Shown: positions 21,390-32,419, numbered from the stretch's first letter. The stretch is DNA of 64,000 nucleotides from an uncultured Acidobacteriota bacterium (GCA_963809485.1 CAWEJX010000006.1:320001-384000); one strand, 5' to 3'. Translations and numbers: made by a program. Notes: generated from the letters alone by a model not told the origin.

Positions 21390-21953
21390 ATGCCCGAACA
21401 GCTCATTTTCAAAGACCGCACCGTTTTTCGTAACTGGCTCAAGGAAAATTATGCCCGTCAGGGTGGAATCTGGCTGGTCTTCGGCAAGAATAACACGGTC
21501 AAAACCCTGACCGCGGAGGAAGCGCTGGAGGAAGCTCTCTGTTTTGGCTGGATCGATGGCCTTATCAAGCGAGTGGATGAAGCACGATATGTCAAATTTT
21601 TCTCACCCCGCCGGGCTAAGAGCCTCTGGTCCGGGAAAAACAAAAAAACCGCGGAGAGACTGATGCGAGAGCGACGTATGGCATCTCCGGGCCGCCAGGC
21701 GATCGAGAGAGCCAAGGCCGATGGTTCGTGGAACAGACCGCAGAGACCGGTTGTTATGCCGGAAGATATCGAGAGTTTCGGCCGGCTGGTTGCCGCCAAC
21801 CGCCGGGCGTTCATCAACTTTCAAAACATGCCCCCGTCGTCAAAGAAGCTGTTCACCGGATTTTATCTTGATGCCAAACAGAACCTCACGCGACAGCGCC
21901 GGCTGGAGAAGCTGATCGGGCTGCTGGAGCAAAATAAGAGAACGATGATGTAG
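21390..21953 (+). CDS. YdeI/OmpD-associated family protein
   Basis: FRNWL, EALEEALCFGWIDG and FSPRRAKSLWS motifs. Confidence 0.9.
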   Translation: MPEQLIFKDRTVFRNWLKENYARQGGIWLVFGKNNTVKTLTAEEALEEALCFGWIDGLIKRVDEARYVKFFSPRRAKSLWSGKNKKTAERLMRERRMASPGRQAIERAKADGSWNRPQRPVVMPEDIESFGRLVAANRRAFINFQNMPPSSKKLFTGFYLDAKQNLTRQRRLEKLIGLLEQNKRTMM

Positions 21954-21971
21954 CGTCCGGCCCTTGCAGGA

Positions 21972-22193
21972 TTGAATGATCGGTATTCCCCTCAACCTTG
22001 CCCGGGAATCACGGAGTTTTACAGCCTTGCCGGACTGGCCTCCGGGATTTTTTTTGGCCTGGGCGGCATTTTGGGAATGCATTGCGGGGCGCGACCGCAA
22101 AGACTTGTGCCGCAGAGACTTATTAAGATAATGCTGAGCTTGGCGCTGACATTCCTGGCTGCATGCTATATCCTCAAATTTTTCACAGGATGA
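21972..22193 (+). pseudogene. C-terminal remnant of a TauE/SafE sulfite exporter
   Basis: PDW (in an adjacent frame) followed by FFGLGGILGMHCGAR.QR.VP..LIK; only the last two TM helices are present. Confidence 0.55.
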
Positions 22194-22366
22194 GGTCGCG
22201 CAGAGCCTTTAGCATACTGGGCGGCGCCTGAGTGGAAGTTAGGCAGCTTTCCACCCAAATTCCATCAACTAAGGCCTCAAAATTGCATTAGGATCCAGGG
22301 ATAATTTTGGGATGGTGGCCGGAATTTGAAATACCTCCCGGCCGATTCAGATAGAAGGAGACAGAA

Positions 22367-22741
22367 ATGAAGGTAGGTTTTGCCGTACAAGTCAACGAAG
22401 GATTGGATAGCATTGTTTACGCCCATTTCGGCTCAGCGCCCGCCTTTGTTATCGTCGATACCGATTTTCAGCAGATTTCGGCAGTTAACAATTCAAACGA
22501 GCACCACGTCCACGGCGCCTGCAATCCGGTAATGGCGCTCGGAGGTAACAGCATCGATGCAATTGTTGTGGGTGGAATCGGCCCGGGGGCTATCATGAAG
22601 CTGAACGCCATGGGAGTTAAAGTCTACAGGGCCGGCGCTCCTACTGTTAAGGAAAATATAGCCTTATTGGGAAACAAGGGGCTCCAGGAGTTATCGATGG
22701 ACGATTCCTGCCGGGAACACGGAGGCCAGTGCGGCCATTAG
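22367..22741 (+). CDS. NifB/NifX family (dinitrogenase FeMo-cofactor biosynthesis domain) protein
   Basis: HFGSAPAFVIVD, HHVHGACNP, IVVGGIGPGA and C-terminal C..H..QCGH motifs. Confidence 0.88.
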   Translation: MKVGFAVQVNEGLDSIVYAHFGSAPAFVIVDTDFQQISAVNNSNEHHVHGACNPVMALGGNSIDAIVVGGIGPGAIMKLNAMGVKVYRAGAPTVKENIALLGNKGLQELSMDDSCREHGGQCGH

Positions 22742-23089
22742 GTCAAGTGGCTGGTGAGGGTGGCATAGCGGCCCACCACTCTCTGTGACAGGAGTCCTGA
22801 AATGCTCGAAAAGGAGCCAACGGAATCGACGAGATAATATAAATTCAGAATGGTGAAATGCTCCGGCAAACCTTAAACCGGGAGGGCCGCGCACGTAGTC
22901 AGCTTAAAGTTCCATTCCTTTTGTTGCAATCTGCAATAAATCGGCAGTGGAAACCTTATTGACCTCGGCAGGGATTCCCTTCAGAGCATGCTTAAAGCCA
23001 CAAGGAAACTAACCGCCGCTTTTGAGGATTTCCAGTAATTGGCAATGGTGCAGGCTTGTGAATGAAATCGATAGTACAGGAGCACACCA

Positions 23090-23899
23090 GTGAAAATACA
23101 AAAGGCTCGGCTGGTTTATTTTTCGCCTACGCGGACCACGAAAGCGATACTCGAAAGCATTGCCGGAGGCACGGGAGTCGAAGCCGTGGAGCACCTGGAC
23201 ATTACTCTTCCCGATGCAGGGCGCGATTTTGCCGAGATGGAAGAGGATGAACTGCTCCTCATCGGGGCCCCCGTCTATGCCGGCAGGCTCCCGAAGATAG
23301 CCGTTCAACGGTTTAACAGCATGAAATCCAATGGAGGTCCGGCGGTTATCGTTGTTCTCTACGGCAACAGGGAAATCGAGGACGCTCTGGCTGAATTGTC
23401 CGATATTGCAGCGGCGAGGGGCTTTATACCCGTGGCTGGAGGCGCGTTCATCGGGGAGCATTCATTTTCCAACGCTTCCGTCCCTCTGGCCAAGGGAAGG
23501 CCGGATGCGTCGGATATCCAATGCGCCCGCGAATTCGGGAGATCCATTGGTGAATATCTGCAAAGCATTGAAAGCCTCCGGGATATCGGCCCGCTGAAAC
23601 TGCCCGGGAACCGGCCATATAGAGATCATATCGTTCACCCGAAAACATCTCCGGTGACGGACAACGAGCTGTGCACGGCGTGTGGAACTTGTGCATCCGC
23701 ATGCCCTACAGGCTCGATACTCGTCGACAAAACGGCCAAAACGGATGTGGAAACATGCATCCTCTGCTGCGCCTGCGTGAAGCTTTGCCCGGAGAATGCC
23801 AGGGCTCTCAAAGATCCCTTTCTCGGGCAAATCATCGAGTGGCTTCACTCCAATACCGAGAGAAGAAAAGAGCCCGAAATCTACATGGCCGGACGTTAA
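23090..23899 (+). CDS. Flavodoxin-like + 2x[4Fe-4S] protein (EFR1 family ferredoxin)
   Basis: YFSPTRTT, PVYAGR, VLYGNREIEDAL, CTACGTCASACP and CILCCACVKLCP motifs. Confidence 0.88.
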   Translation: MKIQKARLVYFSPTRTTKAILESIAGGTGVEAVEHLDITLPDAGRDFAEMEEDELLLIGAPVYAGRLPKIAVQRFNSMKSNGGPAVIVVLYGNREIEDALAELSDIAAARGFIPVAGGAFIGEHSFSNASVPLAKGRPDASDIQCAREFGRSIGEYLQSIESLRDIGPLKLPGNRPYRDHIVHPKTSPVTDNELCTACGTCASACPTGSILVDKTAKTDVETCILCCACVKLCPENARALKDPFLGQIIEWLHSNTERRKEPEIYMAGR

Positions 23900-23979
23900 C
23901 CCAAATTCTGTATCCTCAGCCCGATGGCCGAAGCTTCATTCAACCGCATTTTATTCCGCATCCGTCGTCTTATATTACT

Positions 23980-26454
23980 TTATGGAATCGGGCATGGCTT
24001 CACACCCCAAATGTCCGCTGCGTATTCGGCAATGGTGCGGTCGCTGGAAAATTTGCCCGAACCGGCCACATTAAGGATCGCCTTACTCACCCATCCATCA
24101 GGATCGGCATAGAGGTCGCAAAGCCGCCGGTCGGCTTCGAGATAAGACGTCAGGTCTGCAAGGTGCATGTAGGGGTCCCCTCCTGCCAACAGCGTGTGAT
24201 GCAGCGGTTCGAAGACGCCCGGCTCGAAGCGGCTGAAGTGGTTGGACAGGATCAGGTCCACCGCTGCGCGTGTTTCCGCCTCGTTCTCGTAATGCCAGCG
24301 CGGATCGTACCAGCCCTGGCTTCCGGCCACCTGTTCCGCAGTAAGGCCGAACAGGAAAAAGCTTTCCTCGCCTGCCTCTTCGGCCATCTCGATGGTTGCG
24401 CCGTCGCGCGTGCCCAGCGTCAGCGCTCCGTTCATCATGAATTTCATGTTGCTGGTGCCGCTCGCCTCGTACCCGGCCGTTGAAATCTGGTTGGAGACGT
24501 CGGCGGCCGGGATGAGCCGCTCGGCAAGCGACACGCAATATTCGGGCAGAAATACGACTTTGAGCCTCCCGCGGGCCACCGGATCGCCGTCGATCGTCCC
24601 GGCCAGGTTGTTCAGGAACTTGATAATCAGTTTGGCCAGGTGGTAGGCCGGCGCCGCCTTGCCGGCAAAAAAGAACGTCCTCGGAACCATTTCAAGTTTC
24701 GGATTCTCCCGCAGGCGGTTGTAGAGCACAACGATGCGCAGCGCGTTGAGCAATTGCCTCTTGTACTCGTGGATGCGCTTGATCTGGCAATCAAAGATCG
24801 AATCCGGATCGACCGTTTGCCCGGATGCGGATTTGAGCCACAGGGCAAACTGTGACTTGGCCTCGCGTTTGGCGCTGCGGAAGGATTCACGAAATCCGGC
24901 GTCGCGGGCCAATGGCTTGAGCTTGCTCAATTGGCCAAGATCGGTGATCCACCCGTCACCGAGGGCTCCGGTGATTGTGCCGGACAGGGCGGGGTTTGCC
25001 AGGAGCAGCCAGCGGCGAGGGGTAACCCCGTTGGTCTTGTTGTTGAACCGCTCGGGAAACATCTCGGCCAGGTCCTTTACCGTCATCGTGCGCAGCAGCC
25101 TCGAATGAATTGCGGCTACGCCGTTCGTGCTGTGCGACCCGACAATGGCAAGGTTCGCCATGCGGACCTGGCGCCGCGGCTGCTCTTCCACGAGGCTGGT
25201 GCGCGCCACCCGTCCCTCATCCCCGGGGAAACGGGTCCGGACTTCGTCGAGCAGGCGCTTGTTGATCTCGTAGATGATTTCCAGGTGGCGCGGCAGCATG
25301 ATCTCGAACCATTCGAGCGGCCATTTTTCCAGGGCCTCGGGCAGCAGGGTGTGATTCGTGTACGCCAGGCTCCGTCGTGTGAGGTCCCAGGCTTTTTCCC
25401 ATTCCAGGTGCGCGTCGTCGAGCAGGATCCGCATCAATTCGGGAACGGCCATTGCCGGGTGGGTATCGTTCAGCTGGATAGCGACTTTTCCCGGAAGGTT
25501 TTCCCAATCCGGATTGCTGCTCCGGAAGCGCCGGACCAGATCGGCCAGCGAACAGGCGATGAGAAAATACTCCTGCAGAAAGCGCAGGCCTTTTCCCATA
25601 GCTGTCGAGTCGTCCGGATAGAGCACACGCGTCAGCGATTCCGCACCCAGTGTTTCCGCCAGTGCCCCCACGAAATCGCCTCGACTGAACTGCTGGAAGT
25701 CGAAATAATCCCACGCGCTCGCGGCCCACAAGCGAAGCGTGTTGATTGTTTTGCCTCCATATCCGATCACCGGCCGGTCAAAGGGTATGCCGATCAGTGT
25801 CGAGGGTCGGCCAATGACAGGGCGCAGAACGCCGGCGCGCATTTCGAATGAGCAGTTCAGCTTTACTTCAACCGCTTCCTCGAGCCTCGTGATTTCCCAC
25901 GGATCGGGGCGCCGCAACCAGTTGTCCGGCTGCTCATACTGCCAGCCGTCCTGAATAGTCTGCCTGAAGATGCCGAATTCATAGCGCAACCCGTATCCCA
26001 TACCGGGAATCTCCATGGTCGCCATGGAATCGAGGAAGCAGGCCGCCAGCCGGCCAAGCCCGCCGTTGCCCAGGCCGGCATCCGGTTCCTTTTCGAGCAG
26101 CGCCAGCGGATCCACTCCCTTTTTCATCATATTCTCGACAGCGAGGTCCACCAGCAGCGCATTGGTGATGTTGTTGGCCAGGGATCGCCCCAACAGGTAC
26201 TCCATGGAAAGGTAGTACACCCTTTTGGGATTCCTTGCTTCATAGGTCTTCTCCGTCTTGAGCCAGCGCTGCGAAATGATGTCGCGGACCGATCGCGCCG
26301 CTGCCTCATACTGGTCCCGCAATTCGGCTTGCCGGGGATCCACGACATGGTCGAAGATCAGGTGCCTTTCATATAGCGCATCCTTCGTGCCGGAGAACTG
26401 GATGGGTCCGGTTCCATATTGTTCCAGCAGCCCCTTCAAACGCTCCGGTGTCAT
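23980..26454 (-). CDS. glgP: Glycogen/starch/alpha-glucan phosphorylase
   Basis: GLGNGGLGRLAACF, QLNDTHP, KRIHEYKRQ and the PLP-site motif EASGTSNMK. Confidence 0.97.
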   Translation of the reverse strand: MTPERLKGLLEQYGTGPIQFSGTKDALYERHLIFDHVVDPRQAELRDQYEAAARSVRDIISQRWLKTEKTYEARNPKRVYYLSMEYLLGRSLANNITNALLVDLAVENMMKKGVDPLALLEKEPDAGLGNGGLGRLAACFLDSMATMEIPGMGYGLRYEFGIFRQTIQDGWQYEQPDNWLRRPDPWEITRLEEAVEVKLNCSFEMRAGVLRPVIGRPSTLIGIPFDRPVIGYGGKTINTLRLWAASAWDYFDFQQFSRGDFVGALAETLGAESLTRVLYPDDSTAMGKGLRFLQEYFLIACSLADLVRRFRSSNPDWENLPGKVAIQLNDTHPAMAVPELMRILLDDAHLEWEKAWDLTRRSLAYTNHTLLPEALEKWPLEWFEIMLPRHLEIIYEINKRLLDEVRTRFPGDEGRVARTSLVEEQPRRQVRMANLAIVGSHSTNGVAAIHSRLLRTMTVKDLAEMFPERFNNKTNGVTPRRWLLLANPALSGTITGALGDGWITDLGQLSKLKPLARDAGFRESFRSAKREAKSQFALWLKSASGQTVDPDSIFDCQIKRIHEYKRQLLNALRIVVLYNRLRENPKLEMVPRTFFFAGKAAPAYHLAKLIIKFLNNLAGTIDGDPVARGRLKVVFLPEYCVSLAERLIPAADVSNQISTAGYEASGTSNMKFMMNGALTLGTRDGATIEMAEEAGEESFFLFGLTAEQVAGSQGWYDPRWHYENEAETRAAVDLILSNHFSRFEPGVFEPLHHTLLAGGDPYMHLADLTSYLEADRRLCDLYADPDGWVSKAILNVAGSGKFSSDRTIAEYAADIWGVKPCPIP

Positions 26455-26519
26455 AAATCCCCCATTAAGGCATTCAGCCACTTAGGCTCTCAGTGGAAAC
26501 CATTCTCGATAGCTCCTGG

Positions 26520-26552
26520 TAACGCTGACAAAAGCGCTGACGACCGCCGAGA
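26520..26552. repeat. ACGCTGAC-family REP-like repeat (single arm)
   Basis: aacgctgacaaaagcgctgacgaccgccga between metG and glgP. Confidence 0.55.
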
Positions 26553-26586
26553 ATGGTTGGCAATGCTTTCAATACAATCCAACTGA

Positions 26587-28170
26587 CTACTGCGATGGAG
26601 AGTCCGGCTCGACGTAGCGCGGGAAAATGCCCTCGGGTGCAGGCAAGGGAGTCCCGGGTTTCAGCCTGGCGGATTCGAGGGCCGCAAAAATCCTATCCTC
26701 AACCGGCACGGCCAAAAATTCGAGCAGGCGGCCGCAGGACTGAGGCATAAAGGGCTGGGTAAGTATCGCCAGGTGCCGGATGGTCTCCGCCAGGACGTAA
26801 AGGACGGTACCCATGCGTTTCGGATCCGATTTTTTGAGGCTCCAGGGCTTCTGCTCATTGACATAGCGGTCCGCAGCGCCGATTGCCTGCCACAAAGCAT
26901 CCAGCGCCCTATGAAATGCCTGCTGCCCGATTTCCTCCCGCAACCTCGCGTGCAGCCCGTGCACGGCCTGAAGCAGGGCTTCATCGTCGGCTGTCAGAGG
27001 TCCTGGTTCGGGCACAGCCGCACCGCAAGCGCCGTTGACCATTTTGAGCACACGTTGCGCAAGGTTGCCGAGTCCGTTGGCGAGATCGCCGTTGATCCTG
27101 TTGACCATGGACCGGTGAGAGAAGTCGCCGTCATTTCCGAACGGGACTTCCCGCAGGAGGAAGTAGCGGACCTGGTCGAGCCCGTATTTGGCGATCAGCT
27201 CATGCGGATCGATGAAGTTGCCGAGCCGCTTGGAGATTTTTTGCCCCTCGTTCATCCACCATCCGTGGGCAAAAATGCGCTTCGGAGGCTCCAGCCCGGC
27301 AGCCATCAGGAAAGCAGGCCAATAGACCGCGTGAAAGCGAAGGATGTCTTTGCCCATCATGTGCACGTCAACCGGCCAGAAGGTTCGGAAGGCCTGAGTG
27401 TCGGTATCGGGATATCCGATGGCTGTGAGATAGTTGGTCAGTGCGTCCAGCCACACATACATGATATGAGCGGGGTCGTCCGGCACGGGGATGCCCCATG
27501 CAAAAGTGGTTCGAGAAATCGAAAGGTCCTTGAGGCCGCCTTTCACGAAACTTACAACTTCGTTGTGACGCGCCTCGGGCGCCACGGGAGACGGCGTGCG
27601 GCTGTAATATTCCATCAGCCGGTCCTGCCATTCCGACAGCCTGAAGAAATAGCTGGGTTCCTCCAACCACTCGCACTCGGCGCCCGATGGCGCGATTTTT
27701 TTGCCGTTCGGGCCGAGGGTCAAATCGCTTTCATCGATGAAGGCTTCATCCGCGACTGCGTACCAGCCGGAATAACTGCCAAGGTAGATCTGGTTGTTGG
27801 ACTTCAACCGCCGCCAGAGCTCCTGGCAGGAGCGGATGTGACGCGGTTCGGTCGTGCGTATGAAATCGTCATTGCTGAAGTTCATGGCCTTCGCCAGGTC
27901 GCGGAAGTTTTGCGATACCTTGTCGGTGAATGACTGCGGATCCATGCCGGCGGCGCTGGAGGACTTCTCGATCTTCTGGCCATGTTCGTCGGTGCCAGTC
28001 AGGAACTTGACCTCGGCACCGTCCAGGCGCATAAAGCGCGCAGCCACATCGCAGGCCAGTGTCGTGTAAGTGTGGCCAATATGCGGGGAATCGTTCACAT
28101 AATATATGGGTGTCGTGATGTAGTAGCGGCGTTGTGGCAGCATCGGATCTCCTGTGATCGGCTCAGCCAT
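26587..28170 (-). CDS. metG: Methionine--tRNA ligase (short MetRS1 type)
   Basis: YITTPIYYVN.PHIGH, LTGTDEHGQK, YVWLDAL, GKDILRFH and a KISKR variant of KMSKS. Confidence 0.96.
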   Translation of the reverse strand: MAEPITGDPMLPQRRYYITTPIYYVNDSPHIGHTYTTLACDVAARFMRLDGAEVKFLTGTDEHGQKIEKSSSAAGMDPQSFTDKVSQNFRDLAKAMNFSNDDFIRTTEPRHIRSCQELWRRLKSNNQIYLGSYSGWYAVADEAFIDESDLTLGPNGKKIAPSGAECEWLEEPSYFFRLSEWQDRLMEYYSRTPSPVAPEARHNEVVSFVKGGLKDLSISRTTFAWGIPVPDDPAHIMYVWLDALTNYLTAIGYPDTDTQAFRTFWPVDVHMMGKDILRFHAVYWPAFLMAAGLEPPKRIFAHGWWMNEGQKISKRLGNFIDPHELIAKYGLDQVRYFLLREVPFGNDGDFSHRSMVNRINGDLANGLGNLAQRVLKMVNGACGAAVPEPGPLTADDEALLQAVHGLHARLREEIGQQAFHRALDALWQAIGAADRYVNEQKPWSLKKSDPKRMGTVLYVLAETIRHLAILTQPFMPQSCGRLLEFLAVPVEDRIFAALESARLKPGTPLPAPEGIFPRYVEPDSPSQ

Positions 28171-28402
28171 AGTCTCCAGCTCCGAATCCACCTAATCATA
28201 CAGGCGCCGGGATCGCACGGCAATCCTGCTAAAAAATAGGAGCCAAAAATCGCGATGGGATTGCGCTCAAAAGGGTCCGCTGAAGGCTGCCCGAAAATGC
28301 GAAAATCCAGGACACTCGTTTACGGACAGCCTTCAGATTGCTCCTGCAGAGATCGGCGTGGGCATAAATACGGAGGCTTGATTAAGCCTCACGCTAGGGT
28401 TT

Positions 28403-29419
28403 CTATTCCCAGCCGCTTTTCGATCCGTAGGGCAGGACCAGGCCGGTTGCCTCGATATCGTAAATCTTGCCCTTTTTAATTTTGAAAAAGTGCATTGCCG
28501 GCATGTTGAAAAGACCCTGGTAGGACGGCACGCTCTCAAGTCCAGGAATCCCCTTGAGCTTCATGGTTTTGAGTTTGCTGTCGTGGTAAAAATTTGAAAA
28601 GCCCACAGCCAGCCCTTTCTGTTCATCAATGACGAGCACACGGCGGTCCCTGATTTCGGTTATATAGGCCCAAACGCCGGCGCTGATCTGTTCTTCGCAG
28701 GTATTGGGCGCTGCCGCGAGCGCCATGCCCAATTTCGCCATTTCAGGATCGATATTGCCTTCCGCAGGGAATTGCGGCTTGGCTTCGCCGGATTTGGCTT
28801 CCCGCTTGCCTCCTACAGAAGTCGATCCGTTTTCGCGGCGCTCGCATTCCTTGGCAAACGGCGCCAGAGTGCCGTCTTCACCCGTCAGCGCGTCATAATA
28901 AGCAAGCCCGATATCGAGCATCTGGTCACGGGGAGTGCGGTCGGCAGGCGCAAGGTCCTCGACGAGCCCGGGACGCGGCTTTTGCAGATTCGGCATCGCG
29001 CCCGCCAGAAGATCTTCCCGAACCACATGGTGCTCGGCTTCCGCGATCTTGCCGCGCTGCAAGGCCAGGCGAACACCTAACAACACGTCCTGGTTGCTGT
29101 TTTCCTTCATCACAACAAGGCAGGCAACTTGCTGCGCCACGGGATCTGCGGCATAGACCTGGAATCCTGTGGGCCCGCCGGATGCGGTAACCCATAATCC
29201 GTCCCCGACCGGAATATTCGCCGTGTTCTCGGTAAACTTGACTTCCCTGGCGAAGGGCACTGCGGTGGGATCATGTTTGACCAGGGCCGCCAGATAGTTT
29301 TGCATGAGAGTGACCAGGCACTGCCGGTCACAGGTTGGAGCTGCCTGCAGCAGATCAGAAGCTCCCAATGTGACAATTGCTACCATCATTACTGTGATAC
29401 ACAGGCGTTTCATTTTCAT
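28403..29419 (-). CDS. Secreted hypothetical protein (tandem NTF2/SnoaL-like)
   Basis: Signal peptide, CDRQCL, VKFTEN, C.RRENG and C-terminal FKIKKGKIYDIEA...SGWE. Confidence 0.7.
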   Translation of the reverse strand: MKMKRLCITVMMVAIVTLGASDLLQAAPTCDRQCLVTLMQNYLAALVKHDPTAVPFAREVKFTENTANIPVGDGLWVTASGGPTGFQVYAADPVAQQVACLVVMKENSNQDVLLGVRLALQRGKIAEAEHHVVREDLLAGAMPNLQKPRPGLVEDLAPADRTPRDQMLDIGLAYYDALTGEDGTLAPFAKECERRENGSTSVGGKREAKSGEAKPQFPAEGNIDPEMAKLGMALAAAPNTCEEQISAGVWAYITEIRDRRVLVIDEQKGLAVGFSNFYHDSKLKTMKLKGIPGLESVPSYQGLFNMPAMHFFKIKKGKIYDIEATGLVLPYGSKSGWE

Positions 29420-29673
29420 TCCGGATGCTCCCATAAAGTTTTCAAAACTGTTGTGCCGCCACTTCGGATATGAGGCAATCCCGGCCCGGGGATTGTCAAG
29501 CAAAATAGCCGCGAGGGCAAAGATTCAAGATGCCCGCCGGATGCTGCATCCCGGCTGCCTCAGGCCGCAGTCTGCCAATCGGAATCCGGCGGCTATCGAT
29601 TCACAAATCCTATACCCACACCCTGCGGAGGATATGTGTATAATGGCACGTTCGTTCCCGGGGTTGGAACCGT

Positions 29674-30876
29674 ATGAACAAGAAGGCATTCTGGGTGCTT
29701 GTGGGAAGCATGCTCATATCCATGCTTGGAATGGGCATCGTCAGCCCGTTTCTTCCCATATACGCCAACACGATGGGTGCTTCCTCGCTGGAAATCGGCT
29801 TTGTGCAGGCAGGCTTCAACATCACGGGCATTGGCACACTGCTTTTTATCGGGCGGCTTTCGGACCGCTATGGACGGAAATCGTTCCTCAGCGGCGGGCT
29901 CCTGGTCCTCTCCGTCTCTGCCATAGGACTGATGTACGCCAACGACCCCATCCACCTTATCCTTTGGCGCTTTATCCAGGGGCTGGGGGCTTCAGCCCAT
30001 ATGCCGATCGCGCAGGCATACCTCGGGGACATCACCCCGGAAGGGAGCGAGGGGAGGTGGATGGGATATTTCAACGCCGTCCTCTTTTCCGGAATGGGCC
30101 TTGGCCCTCTCGTAGGCGGAGTCGTCTCGGACGCATACAGCATCCGGACCACGTTTCTGCTCATGGCCTTGCTGAATACTCTCGCCCTGGTTGCTACTCT
30201 CATCTTTTTGAAGGAAATGCCGCGCAAAGCTGCCGCCCGCGGTAAAACCGCTTTCCTGGCGCCGCTGAGGAGCCGCACGATGCAGGGCGCCTGCTGTTAC
30301 TGCCTGACAACGGGAGTTGGAGTCGCCAGCCTCATGGCTTTTATGCCGCTTTTTGCGGACGTGAAAATCGGGCTCAGCGCCACCCTGATCGGTGTCCTGC
30401 TGGCGGCCCGGACTCCGGTTTCCCTGCTTCAGTCCTATACCGGCCGCATGGCTGACCGGTGCAACCGCCGATTGATGGTGCTTTGGGGTGGCGCCATCGC
30501 GTCCGTCTCGGTTTTTTTGCTTCCGATGACCACGGTTTTCTGGACCCTGATCGTTGCCTACCTGTCCGTCGCGGTCGGGCAATCCATAGGAATGCCCGCG
30601 GCTAATGCCTATGTCGTGCAGGAGGGGCGGACCTATGGAATGGGCACCTCCATGACGACGTTCATGCTTGCCATGAATGTGGGCAGCGGCGTCGGTCCGG
30701 TGGCGCTTGGCGGCATTGCGGACTGGCTGGGATTGAGTGCTGCGTTTCATGCATCCGCTGTCTGCATGGTGGTCGGGCTCGTGGTATTCGCGCTGATGGT
30801 GCGCGGCAACGATCGGGCAGGAAAGCCCGGAAGCACTGAGAGCAAACAGGAACTGACCGCCGCAAGATCCGAATAG
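29674..30876 (+). CDS. MFS transporter
   Basis: About 12 TM helices; motif A GRLSDRYGRK and its repeat GRMADRCNRR. Confidence 0.92.
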   Translation: MNKKAFWVLVGSMLISMLGMGIVSPFLPIYANTMGASSLEIGFVQAGFNITGIGTLLFIGRLSDRYGRKSFLSGGLLVLSVSAIGLMYANDPIHLILWRFIQGLGASAHMPIAQAYLGDITPEGSEGRWMGYFNAVLFSGMGLGPLVGGVVSDAYSIRTTFLLMALLNTLALVATLIFLKEMPRKAAARGKTAFLAPLRSRTMQGACCYCLTTGVGVASLMAFMPLFADVKIGLSATLIGVLLAARTPVSLLQSYTGRMADRCNRRLMVLWGGAIASVSVFLLPMTTVFWTLIVAYLSVAVGQSIGMPAANAYVVQEGRTYGMGTSMTTFMLAMNVGSGVGPVALGGIADWLGLSAAFHASAVCMVVGLVVFALMVRGNDRAGKPGSTESKQELTAARSE

Positions 30877-30895
30877 GACACTTCCAGTATCTAAT

Positions 30896-30984
30896 GACGC
30901 TGACATACGCCGACAAAGCCGCTGATGAACGCTGAAAATAAAGCTGATGTTCATCGACTTTTGCCGGCGTTTATCGGCGGTTAA
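30896..30984. repeat. ACGCTGAC-family REP-like palindrome between convergent genes
   Basis: Opening arm acgctgacat-acgccgacaa-agccgctgat-gaacgctgaa; closing arm ...ggcgtttatcggcggtt. Confidence 0.65.
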
Positions 30985-31051
30985 AGCTCATAGAGCTTAT
31001 GAAACCGCATCATTTTGAAATATAGTCTCTTAACGATAGCGTGCGGGCTTA

Positions 31052-31918
31052 TCAGCGCGCTTGTTTGGATGCCGCTTCCTCGAGGAGCACTCGCCGGGTT
31101 GATCCCATGGTCATTTCAAGAGATTCCTTTGGGATCTCGGTCACGAATGGCTTGATGATGGGAGAAACGATCAAGGGAATGCTCCGAGTCAGAGAGATCG
31201 ATTCGCATTCGACGTAGATGCCGCCGTCCTTCTGTTCGAATTTCCAGTAGGAATTGAGCCGCCAGAGAAATCCGTTGTCCTGACCGACAGGCTTCTGCTT
31301 TTCTGTCGGCTCATCCGCGTCTGTAACCTCCTGGATGCGGGTAGTGTAGGAGCGGCTGTGGCAGCGGGCAGCGTCCATAGGGTGGTAGTGGACGTCGTGG
31401 TCGGTATTCAGCGTCACTGTGATAATTTTTTTCTTCCGCAGGCGATAATAGATCTTGAAATCGTTGCCGCTGCGGCTCATCAGCTTGGAGCGCAGGACTT
31501 CCGGCTTGTATATATATTGATGCCGGTCGTAATCCTGCACCAGCGCGAGCACCTGGGAGAGCGTGGCCCCGGGAACGAACACGACACCCAGCCAATGATG
31601 GATGAGCCCGTCGGGGATTTTGATCTCATGGCCGGCTTGATCTGCCGTTTTCAAGCGCTCCATGAAGATCTCGTTGCGTTTCATGACATCGTAGGCTTTG
31701 CGCCGCCCGGCTTCCGGCAATCCGTCGATGTATAGGAACGAGGAGGGCTTTTTCAACTCATTGTCGATGCGCGCTTCGGTTGCGGCCACGTACTTCTGGA
31801 ATGCTGCCAGAGTGGCGGGCTTCAGCTCTGCGCTCAACGCTTCAGCGGGCCAGTGGAGGACGGTGAGAAAAAGCAGTAGCGCCCCGGGAATTCTGAAGGT
31901 GTGATATGACGGATTCAT
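31052..31918 (-). CDS. Secreted conserved hypothetical protein (START/SRPBCC-like)
   Basis: Signal peptide; DGLIHHWLG, QDYD, GFLWRLNSYWKF and ECESISLTR blocks. Confidence 0.7.
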   Translation of the reverse strand: MNPSYHTFRIPGALLLFLTVLHWPAEALSAELKPATLAAFQKYVAATEARIDNELKKPSSFLYIDGLPEAGRRKAYDVMKRNEIFMERLKTADQAGHEIKIPDGLIHHWLGVVFVPGATLSQVLALVQDYDRHQYIYKPEVLRSKLMSRSGNDFKIYYRLRKKKIITVTLNTDHDVHYHPMDAARCHSRSYTTRIQEVTDADEPTEKQKPVGQDNGFLWRLNSYWKFEQKDGGIYVECESISLTRSIPLIVSPIIKPFVTEIPKESLEMTMGSTRRVLLEEAASKQAR

Positions 31919-32419
31919 ATACACAGCATATCAAGAAACCGGCATAAAGGCTCAGTCTAATCCATCGGGGAATCCACCGGCTCTGTCGGAGGATACCCAC
32001 TTCCCGCGCACATACTTCCGCCATGCCGGTTCAGCATTGCGGCCATGCTTTTTTGTTGACATCGAAATATTGCGGGAGCACCATGGCGCTATAGAAGGTC
32101 AATCTCCTGTTCAACATCGCTCTGTGAACCAGCCGCTGGTTTCACGTGGATTTTGGTTTTGATAAAGAGGTTTGAAGGCAGCGAACGAACGCCTCCAAAT
32201 TATTTCATTGGAGATCTTTTGGTTTCCCGGCCTTTTGGCCTTGCCTTTCCTCGCTTTGGGTGAGGGAAAAAGCAAAACCGGGTCTTCCTCTCGCAACCCT
32301 GGCGCGAGTCGCCGGTAAATTGGATATATCCACGATCCTAATCGTATCCGGAACTTCAGGGATATGACAGGGAATGAGACGGGTTCAACTTCGCCAATTT
32401 ATTTGTGGAGGATGTGTCT

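Noticed and set aside
22855-22910. Possible c-di-GMP-I riboswitch (GGCAAACC)
   Set aside because: It lacks the GNRA-capped P2 stem and the GACGCAAAGC continuation.
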